In this document: positions 7,886 through 17,618 of the stretch, piece by piece | Numbering within the stretch: the first letter of the stretch is position 1 | Layout: each line of letters begins with the position of its first letter | Position numbers and translations under genes: made by a program | Notes under the pieces: generated by a model | Told to the model about the DNA's origin: nothing | The model's input: the letters and a program-made list of their open reading frames with translations, nothing else | Database searches by the model: none | Source of the DNA: Nitrospiraceae bacterium | GTDB lineage: Bacteria > Nitrospirota > Thermodesulfovibrionia > UBA6902 | Direction of reading: 5' to 3' | Assembly (NCBI GenBank): GCA_020346765.1 | Contig: CP070788.1 | Span: 2,165,488-2,214,053 of the forward strand | Length of the DNA: 48,566 nucleotides

Positions 7886-9463
7886 CTATCCGATCATTGT
7901 CTTTGTCGTGAGATCTATTTTCCTTTCGGCAGGATTCACATTGATCACCCGCGCCGTTATCTCATCTCCGATGCTGAAGAGGTCCTCCAGTTTCTCGTCG
8001 GATTTCTTCTCCACCTCAGAGATGTGGATGAGGCCTTCCAGTCCTTCCTCAAGCTCAACGAAGACCCCGAAGTCAGTGATATTTGCGACCTTCCCCCTGA
8101 CGGGGTCTCCTAGTGTGTACCTGGCCTGTATGTCCCCGGTCCAGGGGTCAGGGGTGAGCTGCTTGAGGCCTACGGAGATTCTCTCTTTTTCCGGCTCGAT
8201 GCTCAGGATCTCCACCTCGATTTCCTGACCGGTTTTGAGCATGTCCGAGGGGTGCTTGACCCGCTTGACCCAGGACATGTCAGATATGTGGAGCAGCGCG
8301 TCGACCCCTTCGTCCAGGGAAACAAAGGTCCCGAACTCGGCAAAGTTTTTTACCTTCCCGGTGATCCTCTGGCCGACGGAGTACTTTTCCTTCACGACCT
8401 CCCACGGGTTGGGTTTGAGCTGCCTGATGCTCAGGGAGATCCTCTTGTCAGCCCTGCTCACTTTCAGGATGGCTGCCTCTACCCGGTCGCCGATGGAGAA
8501 ATACTTTGAGGGCTTTATGTTCTTCTCTGTCCAGTCAACCTCGCTGACATGGATGAGCCCTTCCACGCCCTCTTCGAGCTCAACAAACACACCGTAATCG
8601 GTAATAGTGATCACCTTCCCTGTTACTTTCTGTCCAGGGGGGTATTTTTCTTCCACTGATGCCCAGGGATCAGGCTTTTTCTGCTTGTAACCCAGGGTCA
8701 CCTTTTCATTTTCGGTGTTAAAGGAAAGGATCATCACTTCAACGGTATCACCCACGCGGAAGAGTTCACCGGGATGGCTGATACGTCCCCAGGACATGTC
8801 CGATATGTGGAGCAGGCCGTCGATGCCTCCCAGGTCGATAAATGCCCCGTAGTCGGTGAGGTTCTTGACGGTGCCCTCGAGGATCGCTCCATCCTTAAGC
8901 CTGGTCAGCGTCTTCTCCCGAAGTTTGCTCCGTTCCTCTTCAAGGAGGACGCGCCTCGACACGATTACGTTGGATCCCTTGTGGTTGAGGTTCAGTACCT
9001 TGAAGGTGTATTTCTTTCCGATCAGCTGGTCAGTGTTCTTCGGAGCCTTGAGGTCAATCTGGGACCCCGGGAGAAATGCACTGACGCCGCCGATGTTAAC
9101 GGTCATGCCTCCCTTCACCTTGCCGGTGATTTTGCCGTCCACGGGCTCACTTTTCTGAAATGCCTTTTCAATCATGTCCCATGATTTCACGCCCTGGGCC
9201 TTCTGCCTCGACAGCTTTACAAATCCGTCTGAATCGCTGAGACGCTCAATGAATACCTCCACGTCATCGCCGGCGCTGAGCGTTTCAATCTCATTTTCCA
9301 GAAGTTCACTGCGGGGGACGAACCCCTCGCACTTGAGTCCTACATCAACTATAATTCCGTCAGGCTTGACCTGTATGACACGTCCCTTGGTTATTGCCCC
9401 CGGGTGAAGGCCCTTAAAGGAATCGGCGTACAGTTTTTCTAAATCATTCATTTGAATTTCCAT
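7886..9463 (-). CDS. rpsA: 30S ribosomal protein S1
   Basis: Six S1/OB repeats recur along the protein (G.V....DYGAFVDL.GV.GL.H.SE pattern). Confidence 0.95.
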   Translation of the reverse strand: MEIQMNDLEKLYADSFKGLHPGAITKGRVIQVKPDGIIVDVGLKCEGFVPRSELLENEIETLSAGDDVEVFIERLSDSDGFVKLSRQKAQGVKSWDMIEKAFQKSEPVDGKITGKVKGGMTVNIGGVSAFLPGSQIDLKAPKNTDQLIGKKYTFKVLNLNHKGSNVIVSRRVLLEEERSKLREKTLTRLKDGAILEGTVKNLTDYGAFIDLGGIDGLLHISDMSWGRISHPGELFRVGDTVEVMILSFNTENEKVTLGYKQKKPDPWASVEEKYPPGQKVTGKVITITDYGVFVELEEGVEGLIHVSEVDWTEKNIKPSKYFSIGDRVEAAILKVSRADKRISLSIRQLKPNPWEVVKEKYSVGQRITGKVKNFAEFGTFVSLDEGVDALLHISDMSWVKRVKHPSDMLKTGQEIEVEILSIEPEKERISVGLKQLTPDPWTGDIQARYTLGDPVRGKVANITDFGVFVELEEGLEGLIHISEVEKKSDEKLEDLFSIGDEITARVINVNPAERKIDLTTKTMIG

Positions 9464-9477
9464 AACTATCTATTATA

Positions 9478-10317
9478 TTACCTCCTCGCAGAAATTTCTC
9501 TTATTTTCTTTACCACATCGTCTATTATCCACTGCGGCGTCGATGCGCCGCCTGTGATTCCCGCTTTCTTCACGCCTTTGAACCATGCCTTTTTCAGCTC
9601 CTTCGCTGTTTCAATGTGATGCACACGGGCACACACTTCCCTTGAGAGATGCACCAGCTGGTTCGTGTTTGCGCTGTTCTTTCCGCCCACGATAACCATG
9701 AGGTCCACCGTCTTCGCCAGTTCTTTCGTTTCCTTTACCCGCTGGGCTGTGAAGTCGCAGATGGTATTGTATATCTTTACTTCACGGCACGCGCTGATCA
9801 CGCTGTCTACTACCTTTTTAAAGGTATCAAAGGACTGCGTCGTCTGTACTATTATACCTACTTTCTTTTTTAATTCCGGCAGCTGCTCAGCATCACTGAT
9901 GACCACGGCACTGCCGCCTGCAAAACCGATAAGCCCCTGGACTTCGGGATGGTGACGGTCTCCCACAATGACGACCTGGTACCCTTCATTTTTCAGTATC
10001 TGCGCAAAATTCTGGGCTTTTTTTACAAAGGGACAGGTTGCATCGATAACATTATACCCCATTTTCGAAGTTTCAGCATACACCCGGGGTGAAACGCCGT
10101 GGGTTCGGATTATGATCGTCCTGATGTGAGGTGCCTTGAGATCCTCAACAGCTCCCACGCCCCGGCGCTCCAGTTCTTCCACGACCTGGGGATTGTGGAT
10201 CAGCGGACCGTACGTACAGAGGCCTTCCTTGTGCTCATCGGCAAGATTAAAGGTGATATCAATGGCCCGTTTTACCCCAAAGCAGAAACCGGCCTTCCGG
10301 GCGATTTTAATTTCCAT
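9478..10317 (-). CDS. ispH: 4-hydroxy-3-methylbut-2-enyl diphosphate reductase
   Basis: AGFCFGVKRAI, GPLIHNPQVV, ATCPFV and VVGGKNSANT are LytB/IspH signatures. Confidence 0.95.
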   Translation of the reverse strand: MEIKIARKAGFCFGVKRAIDITFNLADEHKEGLCTYGPLIHNPQVVEELERRGVGAVEDLKAPHIRTIIIRTHGVSPRVYAETSKMGYNVIDATCPFVKKAQNFAQILKNEGYQVVIVGDRHHPEVQGLIGFAGGSAVVISDAEQLPELKKKVGIIVQTTQSFDTFKKVVDSVISACREVKIYNTICDFTAQRVKETKELAKTVDLMVIVGGKNSANTNQLVHLSREVCARVHHIETAKELKKAWFKGVKKAGITGGASTPQWIIDDVVKKIREISARR

Positions 10318-10984
10318 GGGCCTCCCTCAGCTTCCTGATCTCTTCCATAATGCTCCTGCTGATCTCGTCATGCGCCTCATGGCCTCCCTGTCCTTTTGTT
10401 TCTGCTGCAGCACTAAAAAAAAGAGGCTTTCCGAAGACAACGGTTATCTTTGCCCGTTTCATCCACCGGGCATCCACGGGCAGCGCCCTGTCGCTCCCCA
10501 TGATCAGCGTGGGGACCACGGGCACCCTGCTGAGGCTGACCAGCATGCCTATGCCCCGCCGCGCCTCCAGGAGTTCTCCGGTGTCGCTTCTCCTGCCCTC
10601 AGGAAAGAGGGCTATAAGTTCTCCTCGCTTCAGCCTCTTCACGGTCTCCTTGATGGTGGACGGTTGGGTCCTCTGCCGGTCCACAGGAAAGGCCGCGCTC
10701 TTGATCATCCACCCGATCACGGGCACATCAAAGAGACCCTTTCGCGCCATAAAGGTGGCCCTCCGGGGGACGACAGCACCGAGCAGCGGCGGGTCCATAT
10801 AGCTAATGTGATTGGCAGCGACGAGCACTCCCCCCTCCGCAGGTACATTCTCCCGCCCCCTTATCTCGAGCCCGCCGTTGATCCGGCAGATGATCCTGAT
10901 AAGCAGGGCGACAATCCAGTATATTACGTTATTCAGGGTGGTCATGGCAAAACCGTGCCGCGCTCTTTCCGGAACTGAACGCAT
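10307..10984 (-). CDS. plsC: 1-acyl-sn-glycerol-3-phosphate acyltransferase
   Basis: The acyltransferase blocks NHISYMD (HX4D) and FPEGRRS are present. It overlaps ispH by 11 nt. Confidence 0.85.
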   Translation of the reverse strand: MRSVPERARHGFAMTTLNNVIYWIVALLIRIICRINGGLEIRGRENVPAEGGVLVAANHISYMDPPLLGAVVPRRATFMARKGLFDVPVIGWMIKSAAFPVDRQRTQPSTIKETVKRLKRGELIALFPEGRRSDTGELLEARRGIGMLVSLSRVPVVPTLIMGSDRALPVDARWMKRAKITVVFGKPLFFSAAAETKGQGGHEAHDEISRSIMEEIRKLREAHGN

Positions 10985-11068
10985 ACAACTCAGTATCTGA
11001 TGGATCCCGCAGCGGGAACCCTAACAGCAGCCGGGCTTTCTGCAGGGATAGAGGTCAGAGACCGGGAC

Positions 11069-11713
11069 TTACGTTAAATGATTCAGTATCTTTTTCACAA
11101 CCTCTTTGACTGACAGGTCCGTGGAGTCAATATAAATCATGTCTTCTGTTTTCATCAAGGGGGCGCTGTCACGGGAGGAATCCCGTGCGTCCCTTTTTTT
11201 TATGTCGTCCATGGTTTTCTCCAAGGTGGCCTCCGGGTCCCTGGCCATCAGCTCCTCATATCTCCTCCGGGCACGCTCTTCCAGCGTGGCGTCCAGATAG
11301 AACTTGTTTTTCCCTTCGGGGAATACGGCCGTGCCCGTGTCCCGTCCTTCGATCACCACGCCGCCCTCAAGGCACATTGCCCGCTGGAAGGCGAACAGTC
11401 CCGCCCGCACTGCTGGCAGGGCTGAAATGCGGGAACTCAGTTCCCCCATTTCAGCGGTCCTGATCGCCGAGGTGACATCCGTGCCGTCCACACATATCCT
11501 GCCACCTTCAAAGGATATGTCTATCTCCTTGAGAAGTGCTGCAAGCGCCGGTTCATTATCGGGGTCTATGTTTTCTTCTCTGGCTTTCCAGGCCACGGCA
11601 CGGTAGAGGGCGCCTGTGTCGAGGTACTGGTACCCGAGCCTTTTCGCAAGGATCTTTGACACTGTCCCCTTGCCTGCCCCTGACGGGCCGTCTATGGTGA
11701 TGACTCCTTTCAT
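11069..11713 (-). CDS. cmk: Cytidylate kinase
   Basis: ITIDGPSGAGKGTVSK.LA..LGYQYLDTGALYRAVA is the canonical Cmk N-terminus. Confidence 0.95.
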   Translation of the reverse strand: MKGVITIDGPSGAGKGTVSKILAKRLGYQYLDTGALYRAVAWKAREENIDPDNEPALAALLKEIDISFEGGRICVDGTDVTSAIRTAEMGELSSRISALPAVRAGLFAFQRAMCLEGGVVIEGRDTGTAVFPEGKNKFYLDATLEERARRRYEELMARDPEATLEKTMDDIKKRDARDSSRDSAPLMKTEDMIYIDSTDLSVKEVVKKILNHLT

Positions 11714-13092
11714 TTCTCTGCTGACAGGTTCTCCACCATTTTCATAAACCCCGGGAAGGACGTATTCACACAGTCCGTGTCCTCAATAATGGTCTCGCCC
11801 GGTTCGGTAAGTCCCGCCACTGCCATGGACATGGCGACCCGGTGGTCCCCGTAACTGGAGATCACTGCCGGCGTAAGGTCCTGCTGTCCCTCGATGACGA
11901 GACCGTGTTCAAGCTCCTCGACTGGAACAGCCATTTTCCTGAGCTCCTGTGCCATGGAGGAAATTCTGTCCGACTCCTTTACCCTTAGCTCCCCTGCGCC
12001 GGTTATGCGTGTTGTGCCGCTGGCCTTTGCCGCGGCAACACAGAGGATAGGGAATTCGTCAATCGCCCGCAGGACGAGGTCTTCGGCCACGTCGATCCCT
12101 GTCAGGGAGGAGTGGCGCACACGGATATCGGCCACTGGCTCCCCGGAGACGTCCCGTTCATTCTCAAGCGCGATCTCTGCGCCCATACGCACGAGGATAT
12201 CGAGAAGGCCCGACCGCGTCGGGTTAGTTCCCACATTCCTGATGACCAGCTCAGACCCGGGAACAATCAGCCCGGCTACAATAAAGAACGCTGCGGAAGA
12301 GAGGTCCCCCGGCACGGTCATGTCCATGGGTCTGAGGCCCCTTCCTCCCTGAACACTCACCTCCAGGCCTTTCACCGTGATATCCGCACCGACTGCTGCC
12401 AGCATCCGCTCTGTATGGTCTCGGGACTTTCCGGGCTCAATTACCGTGGTCCTGCCGCTGCAGTAGAGTCCGGCCAGGAGGACGGCTGACTTAACCTGGG
12501 CGCTGGCAACGGGAGACTCGTACCGGATCGGCCTGAGGGCGGCACCGGTTATCCTCAACGGAGGGTATCCACCCTTTTCAGACTCAATACGCGCGCCCAT
12601 CTGAGAGAGGGGGGTGATGACCCTCTGCATGGGCCGGCTCCGCAAAGATGAATCGCCTGTCAGCACGGACGCAAAGGGCTGACCAGCAAGCACCCCGCTG
12701 AGAATCCTCATGGTGGTGCCGGAATTGCCGCAGTCAATGACTTTTCCGGGTTTCCTGAGACCCTTCAGTCCCTTACCGTTAACGACTATTTCATTATTTT
12801 GACCTCTCACTTCTGACTTCTGACTTTTGACTTCAATCTCAATGCCCATCAGCCGGAACGCCTCAAGGGTGCACAGGGGGTCTTCGGCCCGAAGAAAATT
12901 GCGGACGATGCTTGTTCCTTCGGCAAGAGATGAAAGGATGATGGCGCGGTGAGAAATGGATTTGTCCGGGGGGCAGATAAGTTCTCCCCGGAGGGGCCCC
13001 CTGTTTGTGATGCTAATCCGTTTCAATGAGGTGCCTTGACTCTTTTGCCCGAAGGAATTCTTTTTCCAGGCCCGGCCAGTCTGACTCCTCAA
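11710..13092 (-). CDS. aroA: 3-phosphoshikimate 1-carboxyvinyltransferase (EPSP synthase); start codon uncertain
   Basis: PPDKSISHRAIILSSLAEG, the NSGTTMR region and the LRVKESDR motif are present. The ATG at 13092 overlaps tyrA by 80 nt. A TTG at 13026-13024 would give a more typical N-terminus (LKRISITNRGPLRGEL). Confidence 0.9.
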   Translation of the reverse strand: MRSQTGRAWKKNSFGQKSQGTSLKRISITNRGPLRGELICPPDKSISHRAIILSSLAEGTSIVRNFLRAEDPLCTLEAFRLMGIEIEVKSQKSEVRGQNNEIVVNGKGLKGLRKPGKVIDCGNSGTTMRILSGVLAGQPFASVLTGDSSLRSRPMQRVITPLSQMGARIESEKGGYPPLRITGAALRPIRYESPVASAQVKSAVLLAGLYCSGRTTVIEPGKSRDHTERMLAAVGADITVKGLEVSVQGGRGLRPMDMTVPGDLSSAAFFIVAGLIVPGSELVIRNVGTNPTRSGLLDILVRMGAEIALENERDVSGEPVADIRVRHSSLTGIDVAEDLVLRAIDEFPILCVAAAKASGTTRITGAGELRVKESDRISSMAQELRKMAVPVEELEHGLVIEGQQDLTPAVISSYGDHRVAMSMAVAGLTEPGETIIEDTDCVNTSFPGFMKMVENLSAEK

Positions 13093-13867
13093 AAAGGGTT
13101 ATCATGGACGAGATGGACGATGAAAAGGACCTGAGCGTCCGGAGAATGGAACTCCTGTTATAGGCACATATGTCCCGCCAGAGATCGGGCGGGCTCAGGG
13201 CGATTCTCGTCAGGTCCCTCAGTCCCCTGCCGCCGTGGGGGAGGATGTTTTTATCGATGTCGATAATGGTATTGATCAGGGCGTAGGAAACAACGTGGGG
13301 GAGATGGCTTACAGCAGCGAAGATGAGGTCGTGCTGTTCAGGGGTCATGATCACGGTCTTTGCCCCGATAATGTTCCAGAGGTCAATGACTTTCCCCATG
13401 GCCTCGCCGTTGGTCTTTGCCGTGGGTGTAATGACACACTGGGCGTCAGTGAAGAGATCGGCGGCCGCGCCTTCCATGCCAGGGCATTCCTTGCCTGCTA
13501 TCGGGTGGCCGCCCACAAAAAAGACTCCTGGGGGCATGAGGGGCTCCAGCTGTTTAATGATCTCTGCCTTGACGCTTCCCACATCAGTCACGACAGCCCC
13601 CCTTTTCAGGTGACTCCTGATGTCCCGGGCGATCTTCTCGAACTGCCCCACCGAAGACGCAAGCACGACCAGGTCGGCATTTCTGACCCCTGCTGCATGG
13701 TCCGTAGTGGAGTGGTCAATGATCCCCGCTGAAACCGCCCTTGCCAGGTTTTCCTCACGCCTTCCGATGCCGGTTATGGTCCCGGCAAAGCCCGCCTTCT
13801 TCAGGGACAGGGCAAAGGACCCGCCGATAAGGCCGACTCCGATTATTGTTATGTTTTTAAAATCCAT
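13013..13867 (-). CDS. tyrA: Prephenate dehydrogenase
   Basis: There is an N-terminal Rossmann motif ITIIGVGLIGGSFALSLKKAG. The HPIAG motif and the aromatic-operon context support the call. Confidence 0.9.
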   Translation of the reverse strand: MDFKNITIIGVGLIGGSFALSLKKAGFAGTITGIGRREENLARAVSAGIIDHSTTDHAAGVRNADLVVLASSVGQFEKIARDIRSHLKRGAVVTDVGSVKAEIIKQLEPLMPPGVFFVGGHPIAGKECPGMEGAAADLFTDAQCVITPTAKTNGEAMGKVIDLWNIIGAKTVIMTPEQHDLIFAAVSHLPHVVSYALINTIIDIDKNILPHGGRGLRDLTRIALSPPDLWRDICAYNRSSILRTLRSFSSSISSMITLFEESDWPGLEKEFLRAKESRHLIETD

Positions 13868-13879
13868 AATTAAGTGAAA

Positions 13880-13959
13880 GGGTTCAAGGGGTCAAGGGGC
13901 CCAGGGGTGGAACATTGTTTATTAAATAAACTCACTCGACCCCTGGAACCCTCGACCCC
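13880..13959. repeat. Long imperfect inverted repeat built from GC-rich octamers in the aroF-tyrA spacer
   Basis: The left arm is GGGTTCAAGGGGTCAAGGGGCCCAGGGG (13880-13907). The right arm is CGACCCCTGGAACCCTCGACCCC (13937-13959). Together they give about 20 pairing positions including G-U pairs on the minus-strand RNA. The loop contains its own palindrome GTTTATTTAATAAAC. Confidence 0.6.
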
Positions 13960-13964
13960 GATTG

Positions 13965-14990
13965 TTATATTGTTCTCCCCACCGCCCGGGCAACGGCCTT
14001 GAGTTCCTTCATAAGCAGCCTGAATTTATCCGGTTTCAGTGACTGCTCTCCGTCGGAGAGGGCCTCCTCGGGCATGGTGTGCACCTCGATCATGAGGGCG
14101 TCGGCGCCGGCGGCCACCGCAGCCTTTGCCATGGGCATAACAAGGTCCCACCGTCCGGCTCCGTGGCTTGGATCTACGAGAACAGGCAGATGGGACAGCT
14201 TCTTGAGCACAGGAATGGCGTTCAGATCAAGGGTGTTCCGCGTTGCCGTTTCAAAGGTCCTGATGCCCCGCTCACAGAGGATGACCTTGTTGTTCCCCTG
14301 GGCCATGATGTACTCTGCAGCCATGAGCAGCTCCTTAATGGTTGCTGAGAGGCCCCGTTTCAGGACAATGGGCTTGTCATGGGAGCCCACTTCGCTGAGG
14401 AGCCTGAAGTTCTGCATGTTCCGGGCGCCAATCTGGATAATGTCAGCATATTTGAGGATCACGCCCATATCGCGGGTGTCCATGATTTCCGTTACAACAG
14501 GCATTCCCGTGCGCTCCCGGGTCTCCGCAAGATACCGCAGCCCTTCCTCCCCGAGTCCCTGAAAGGCATAGGGCGAGGTCCGGGGCTTGAAGGCGCCCCC
14601 CCGTATGAATGTTGCGCCGGCCTTGTGCACTTCCTGGCCGATCTTCAGCAGGGTAGGCAGATTCTCAACAGCGCAGGGCCCGGCAATGACATGGATCTTC
14701 TTTCCCCCGATGGTGTGCCTGCCCACTTTGAATGTGGTGTCTTTTGCCTTAAAATCCCGGCTTGCGAGCTTGAAGGGCTGGATGATCCGGTGGATCTTCT
14801 CCACGCCCGGCATGGCGCCAAAGGCGTTGGTTTCATCTTCGGTGATCTTGGAGGTGTCTCCGATTACCCCGATAACGGTCCTCTCTGTTCCCCTGGAGAC
14901 ATTTGCCTTGAATCCCTTGGCCTCCAGTTTCCTGATGATATGCTTCAATTCTTTTGATGTTGCCTTGGGTGTCAGTACAATAATATCCAT
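13965..14990 (-). CDS. aroF: 3-deoxy-7-phosphoheptulonate (DAHP) synthase, type I-beta, with an N-terminal ferredoxin-like regulatory domain
   Basis: The protein is near-collinear with Thermotoga-type DAHPS: [49 protein letters not shown] and VDPSH. The first ~70 aa form a regulatory domain. Confidence 0.9.
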   Translation of the reverse strand: MDIIVLTPKATSKELKHIIRKLEAKGFKANVSRGTERTVIGVIGDTSKITEDETNAFGAMPGVEKIHRIIQPFKLASRDFKAKDTTFKVGRHTIGGKKIHVIAGPCAVENLPTLLKIGQEVHKAGATFIRGGAFKPRTSPYAFQGLGEEGLRYLAETRERTGMPVVTEIMDTRDMGVILKYADIIQIGARNMQNFRLLSEVGSHDKPIVLKRGLSATIKELLMAAEYIMAQGNNKVILCERGIRTFETATRNTLDLNAIPVLKKLSHLPVLVDPSHGAGRWDLVMPMAKAAVAAGADALMIEVHTMPEEALSDGEQSLKPDKFRLLMKELKAVARAVGRTI

Positions 14991-15076
14991 AAGGGCCCCC
15001 TGATGCTCTGTGCCGGCTTTATTGTCATGAACGTTCCTGTATGAAATTCTCTGGATGCCATCTTCCCGCTCTCTGT

Positions 15077-16159
15077 TCAGAAAAGGGCCTTCACCTGCTT
15101 CAATGCCCGGACGAGCCTCCGGTTTTCCTCAGGAAGGCCGATGGTGATACGGAGGGCGCTGGGCCCCATGGGCCGAACGATAATCCCCTTTTTCAGCAAG
15201 GCAGTGTATATCTCTGCGGCATTTCCCTGTGCCAGGGGGACAAAGATGAAATTCGCCTCCGTGGGAACATATCCTGCATTCAGCCGCTCCAGCCCGGCAT
15301 AGAGAAAGGCCTTACCCTCTTCATTGATTTTTTTGGTCCGTGCTACGTGTTGCCTGTCCTGCAGGGCTGCTGCTGCCGCGAGCTGGGCCAGGGAGTTTAT
15401 GTTAAAGGGCTGCCGCACCTTGTTCATCTCTTCTGCAACAGGAGCCGGAGCGATCCCGTAGCCGATTCTGAGCCCCGCCAGGCCGTACATCTTGGAAAAG
15501 GTCCTGAGAATAAGGATGTCCCTGCCTTCCCGGAGGTAGTGCATGCAGTCGGGGTAGTCCGGCGAGCTGACGTATTCATAATATGCCTCGTCAACGACAA
15601 CGAGCACGCCTTCCGGGACTTTTTTCATAAACGCGTCCATTTCATCCCGCCGGTTGATGGTCCCTGTGGGGTTGTTGGGGTTGGCGATGAAAACAATCTT
15701 CGTTTTCTTCGTGATCTTTGATGCCATGGCCTTCAGGTCATGGCGCCAGTCTTTAAGGGGCACCACAATGCTTTTCCCGTTCATTGCCTGGACAATGGAT
15801 GCATAGACAATGAAGGACGGGTGAGCCATGACTGCGGCATCGCCCGGGGAGAGGAAGGTCCTGACGGCCAGTTCGATTATCTCGTTGGAGCCGTTGCCGA
15901 AGATCAGTTCATCAGGGTCAGCGCCCAGCCTCTCCGCGAGGGCCTTCCGGAGATAATAACAGCTTCCGTCAGGATACCTGTTGAGACTGCTCATGCCCGC
16001 GCGCAGTGCCCTGAGAGCGCGGGGTGAAGGACCCACGGGGTTTTCGTTTGACGCGAGTTTGACGGATCCGCTGATCCCCAGTTCCCGCTCAAGCTCTTCA
16101 ACGGGCTTGCCCGGGACATAGGGCTGTATGCTGCTGATATGATCAGGCGCCTTTATCAT
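15077..16159 (-). CDS. hisC: Histidinol-phosphate / aromatic aminotransferase (class II PLP aminotransferase)
   Basis: [12 protein letters not shown], the NPNNPTG motif and the [16 protein letters not shown] Lys motif are present. Its position inside the aromatic operon suggests an aromatic aminotransferase role. Confidence 0.85.
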   Translation of the reverse strand: MIKAPDHISSIQPYVPGKPVEELERELGISGSVKLASNENPVGPSPRALRALRAGMSSLNRYPDGSCYYLRKALAERLGADPDELIFGNGSNEIIELAVRTFLSPGDAAVMAHPSFIVYASIVQAMNGKSIVVPLKDWRHDLKAMASKITKKTKIVFIANPNNPTGTINRRDEMDAFMKKVPEGVLVVVDEAYYEYVSSPDYPDCMHYLREGRDILILRTFSKMYGLAGLRIGYGIAPAPVAEEMNKVRQPFNINSLAQLAAAAALQDRQHVARTKKINEEGKAFLYAGLERLNAGYVPTEANFIFVPLAQGNAAEIYTALLKKGIIVRPMGPSALRITIGLPEENRRLVRALKQVKALF

Positions 16160-16216
16160 GGGGATCTCCTCTTGTGATTGCCGCAGGGCAATCTATTTTA
16201 CACTATCGGGAATAAT

Positions 16217-16246
16217 ATTATAGGAATCAAGGGTTCAAGGATTCAA
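16217..16246 (-). promoter_or_regulatory. Putative sigma-70 promoter for hisC, embedded in the octamer repeat arm
   Basis: On the minus strand: TTGAAT (16246-16241), an 18-nt spacer and TATAAT (16222-16217). Confidence 0.45.
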
Positions 16247-16418
16247 GTATTCGAGTGTTTGCTTGCACATGTTTTACTTGACTGTCTACACCATTTGCCT
16301 TCGTGTAATCTTTTCCTGCTTCAGCAACTAGTAAGCCGGCAGGTAACAGGGTTGCCCAACATTGATTGTGCTGCAGTTCACTTGAATCCTCGCCCCCCTG
16401 GCTCCTTGAATCCTTGAT
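16226..16418. repeat. Inverted repeat of tandem RTTCAAGG octamers flanking a ~120-nt core in the pheA-hisC spacer
   Basis: The left arm is ATCAAGG-GTTCAAGG-ATTCAAGT-ATTCGAGTG (16226-16257). The right arm is CACTTGAAT-CCTCGCCCCCCTGGCT-CCTTGAAT-CCTTGAT (16379-16418), which is its imperfect reverse complement. Confidence 0.6.
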
Positions 16419-16421
16419 GCC

Positions 16422-17489
16422 CTAATCCGCCGAAGGGTAGGAGCCGAGGACCTTGAAGAACAGGCATTCCTTCTGCACTTCCCTGATAGCCCTCATGACG
16501 TTCTTCTCTTCAATGTGCCCTCCCATATCCACAAAGAAGATGTACTCCCAGGCCTTTCTCTTGGAAGGCCGCGACTCGATCTTCGTGAGGTTGATCTTGT
16601 GCCGGGCAAAAGGCCGGAGGATGAGAAAGAGGGCCCCTGGTTTGTCTTTGATGGAGAACATGATCGATGTCTTGTCCTTTCCTGTCTTGCCCGGTGACTC
16701 CTTCGCAATGACCAGGAACCGTGTGACGTTTCTCTTATTGTCTTCGATCCCCTTTTCAATGAAGTTCAGTTCGTATTCCGCTGCGGCAAGCTCACTGGCG
16801 ACCGCGGCAGCAGATGGGTCTTTCATCACGCGCCGGGCTGCTGCGGCAGTGCTCAGCTCATCGATGATGGGCACTCCCGGGAAGTTTCTTTCAAGCCAGC
16901 CCCTGCACTGTGCCTTTGCCTGAGGGTGGGAGTAGATTTCCTTTACGTCTTCCTTTAAGCCGGTCTTTGACAGCAGGTTGTGGGAGATCTCGAGCATGAT
17001 CTCCGAGGCGATCATCAGATCCGAGTCCATGAACATGTCGAGGGTGTAGTTGACGACGCCCTCGGTGGAGTTTTCTATGGGCACCACGCCGTAGTTCACT
17101 CTGTTCCTGAACACGGCCTCAAACACGTCCTTGATGGTGCTCTCAGGCATATACTTCGATGAGGAGCCGAACTTTCTCCTCGCGGCAAGATGGGTGAACG
17201 TGGCCGAGGGCCCCAGATAGGCGACCTTCAGCGGCTGCTGAAGGGCCACCGATGCAGAGAGGATTTCCTCGTAGATCAGATTGAGCGTCTCATTCGGAAA
17301 GGGCCCGGGATTGGTTTCCTTTAGCCTGCGGAGGATGGCCTTCTCCCGCTCCTGGGAATGGACCTTGATCTGTTTGTCCTGCTTTGCCTTGCCCACGGCG
17401 ATGGCTATTTCGGCCCTCCTGTTCAGGAGTTGCAGGATTTTTTCGTCGATTTCATCGATCTGCTTTCTGAATTGTTCGAGATCGCTCAT
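16422..17489 (-). CDS. pheA: Bifunctional chorismate mutase / prephenate dehydratase (P-protein)
   Basis: An N-terminal CM domain (LEQFRKQIDEIDEKILQLLNRRAEIA) is followed by the PDT domain (VAYLGP..TFTH) and an ACT domain with the ESRP motif (TKIESRPSK). Confidence 0.95.
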   Translation of the reverse strand: MSDLEQFRKQIDEIDEKILQLLNRRAEIAIAVGKAKQDKQIKVHSQEREKAILRRLKETNPGPFPNETLNLIYEEILSASVALQQPLKVAYLGPSATFTHLAARRKFGSSSKYMPESTIKDVFEAVFRNRVNYGVVPIENSTEGVVNYTLDMFMDSDLMIASEIMLEISHNLLSKTGLKEDVKEIYSHPQAKAQCRGWLERNFPGVPIIDELSTAAAARRVMKDPSAAAVASELAAAEYELNFIEKGIEDNKRNVTRFLVIAKESPGKTGKDKTSIMFSIKDKPGALFLILRPFARHKINLTKIESRPSKRKAWEYIFFVDMGGHIEEKNVMRAIREVQKECLFFKVLGSYPSAD

Positions 17490-17618
17490 AGTCCAGTTTT
17501 AATTCCCCTGCATTGGTCCTGCAGGCTGAATGTGTCCGGCTGCACCGGTCTGTCCGGTCTCAGGCTGCGGAAAGAGAACAGGTGATGAACGTTAATGTAG
17601 CAGTAATACAGAGATTTT

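Noticed and set aside
10136-10978. 280-aa plus-strand ORF
   Set aside because: It is antisense to plsC and ispH, which have unmistakable motifs. The translation is Pro/Arg/Gly-rich noise.
15041-15721. 226-aa plus-strand ORF
   Set aside because: It is antisense to hisC and has no recognisable domains.
17490-17618. Search for a Phe-rich leader peptide or attenuator upstream of pheA
   Set aside because: No short Phe-codon-rich ORF or terminator/antiterminator pair was found. Only a TTGAAA-N17-TACATT promoter-like element (17622-17594) is present.
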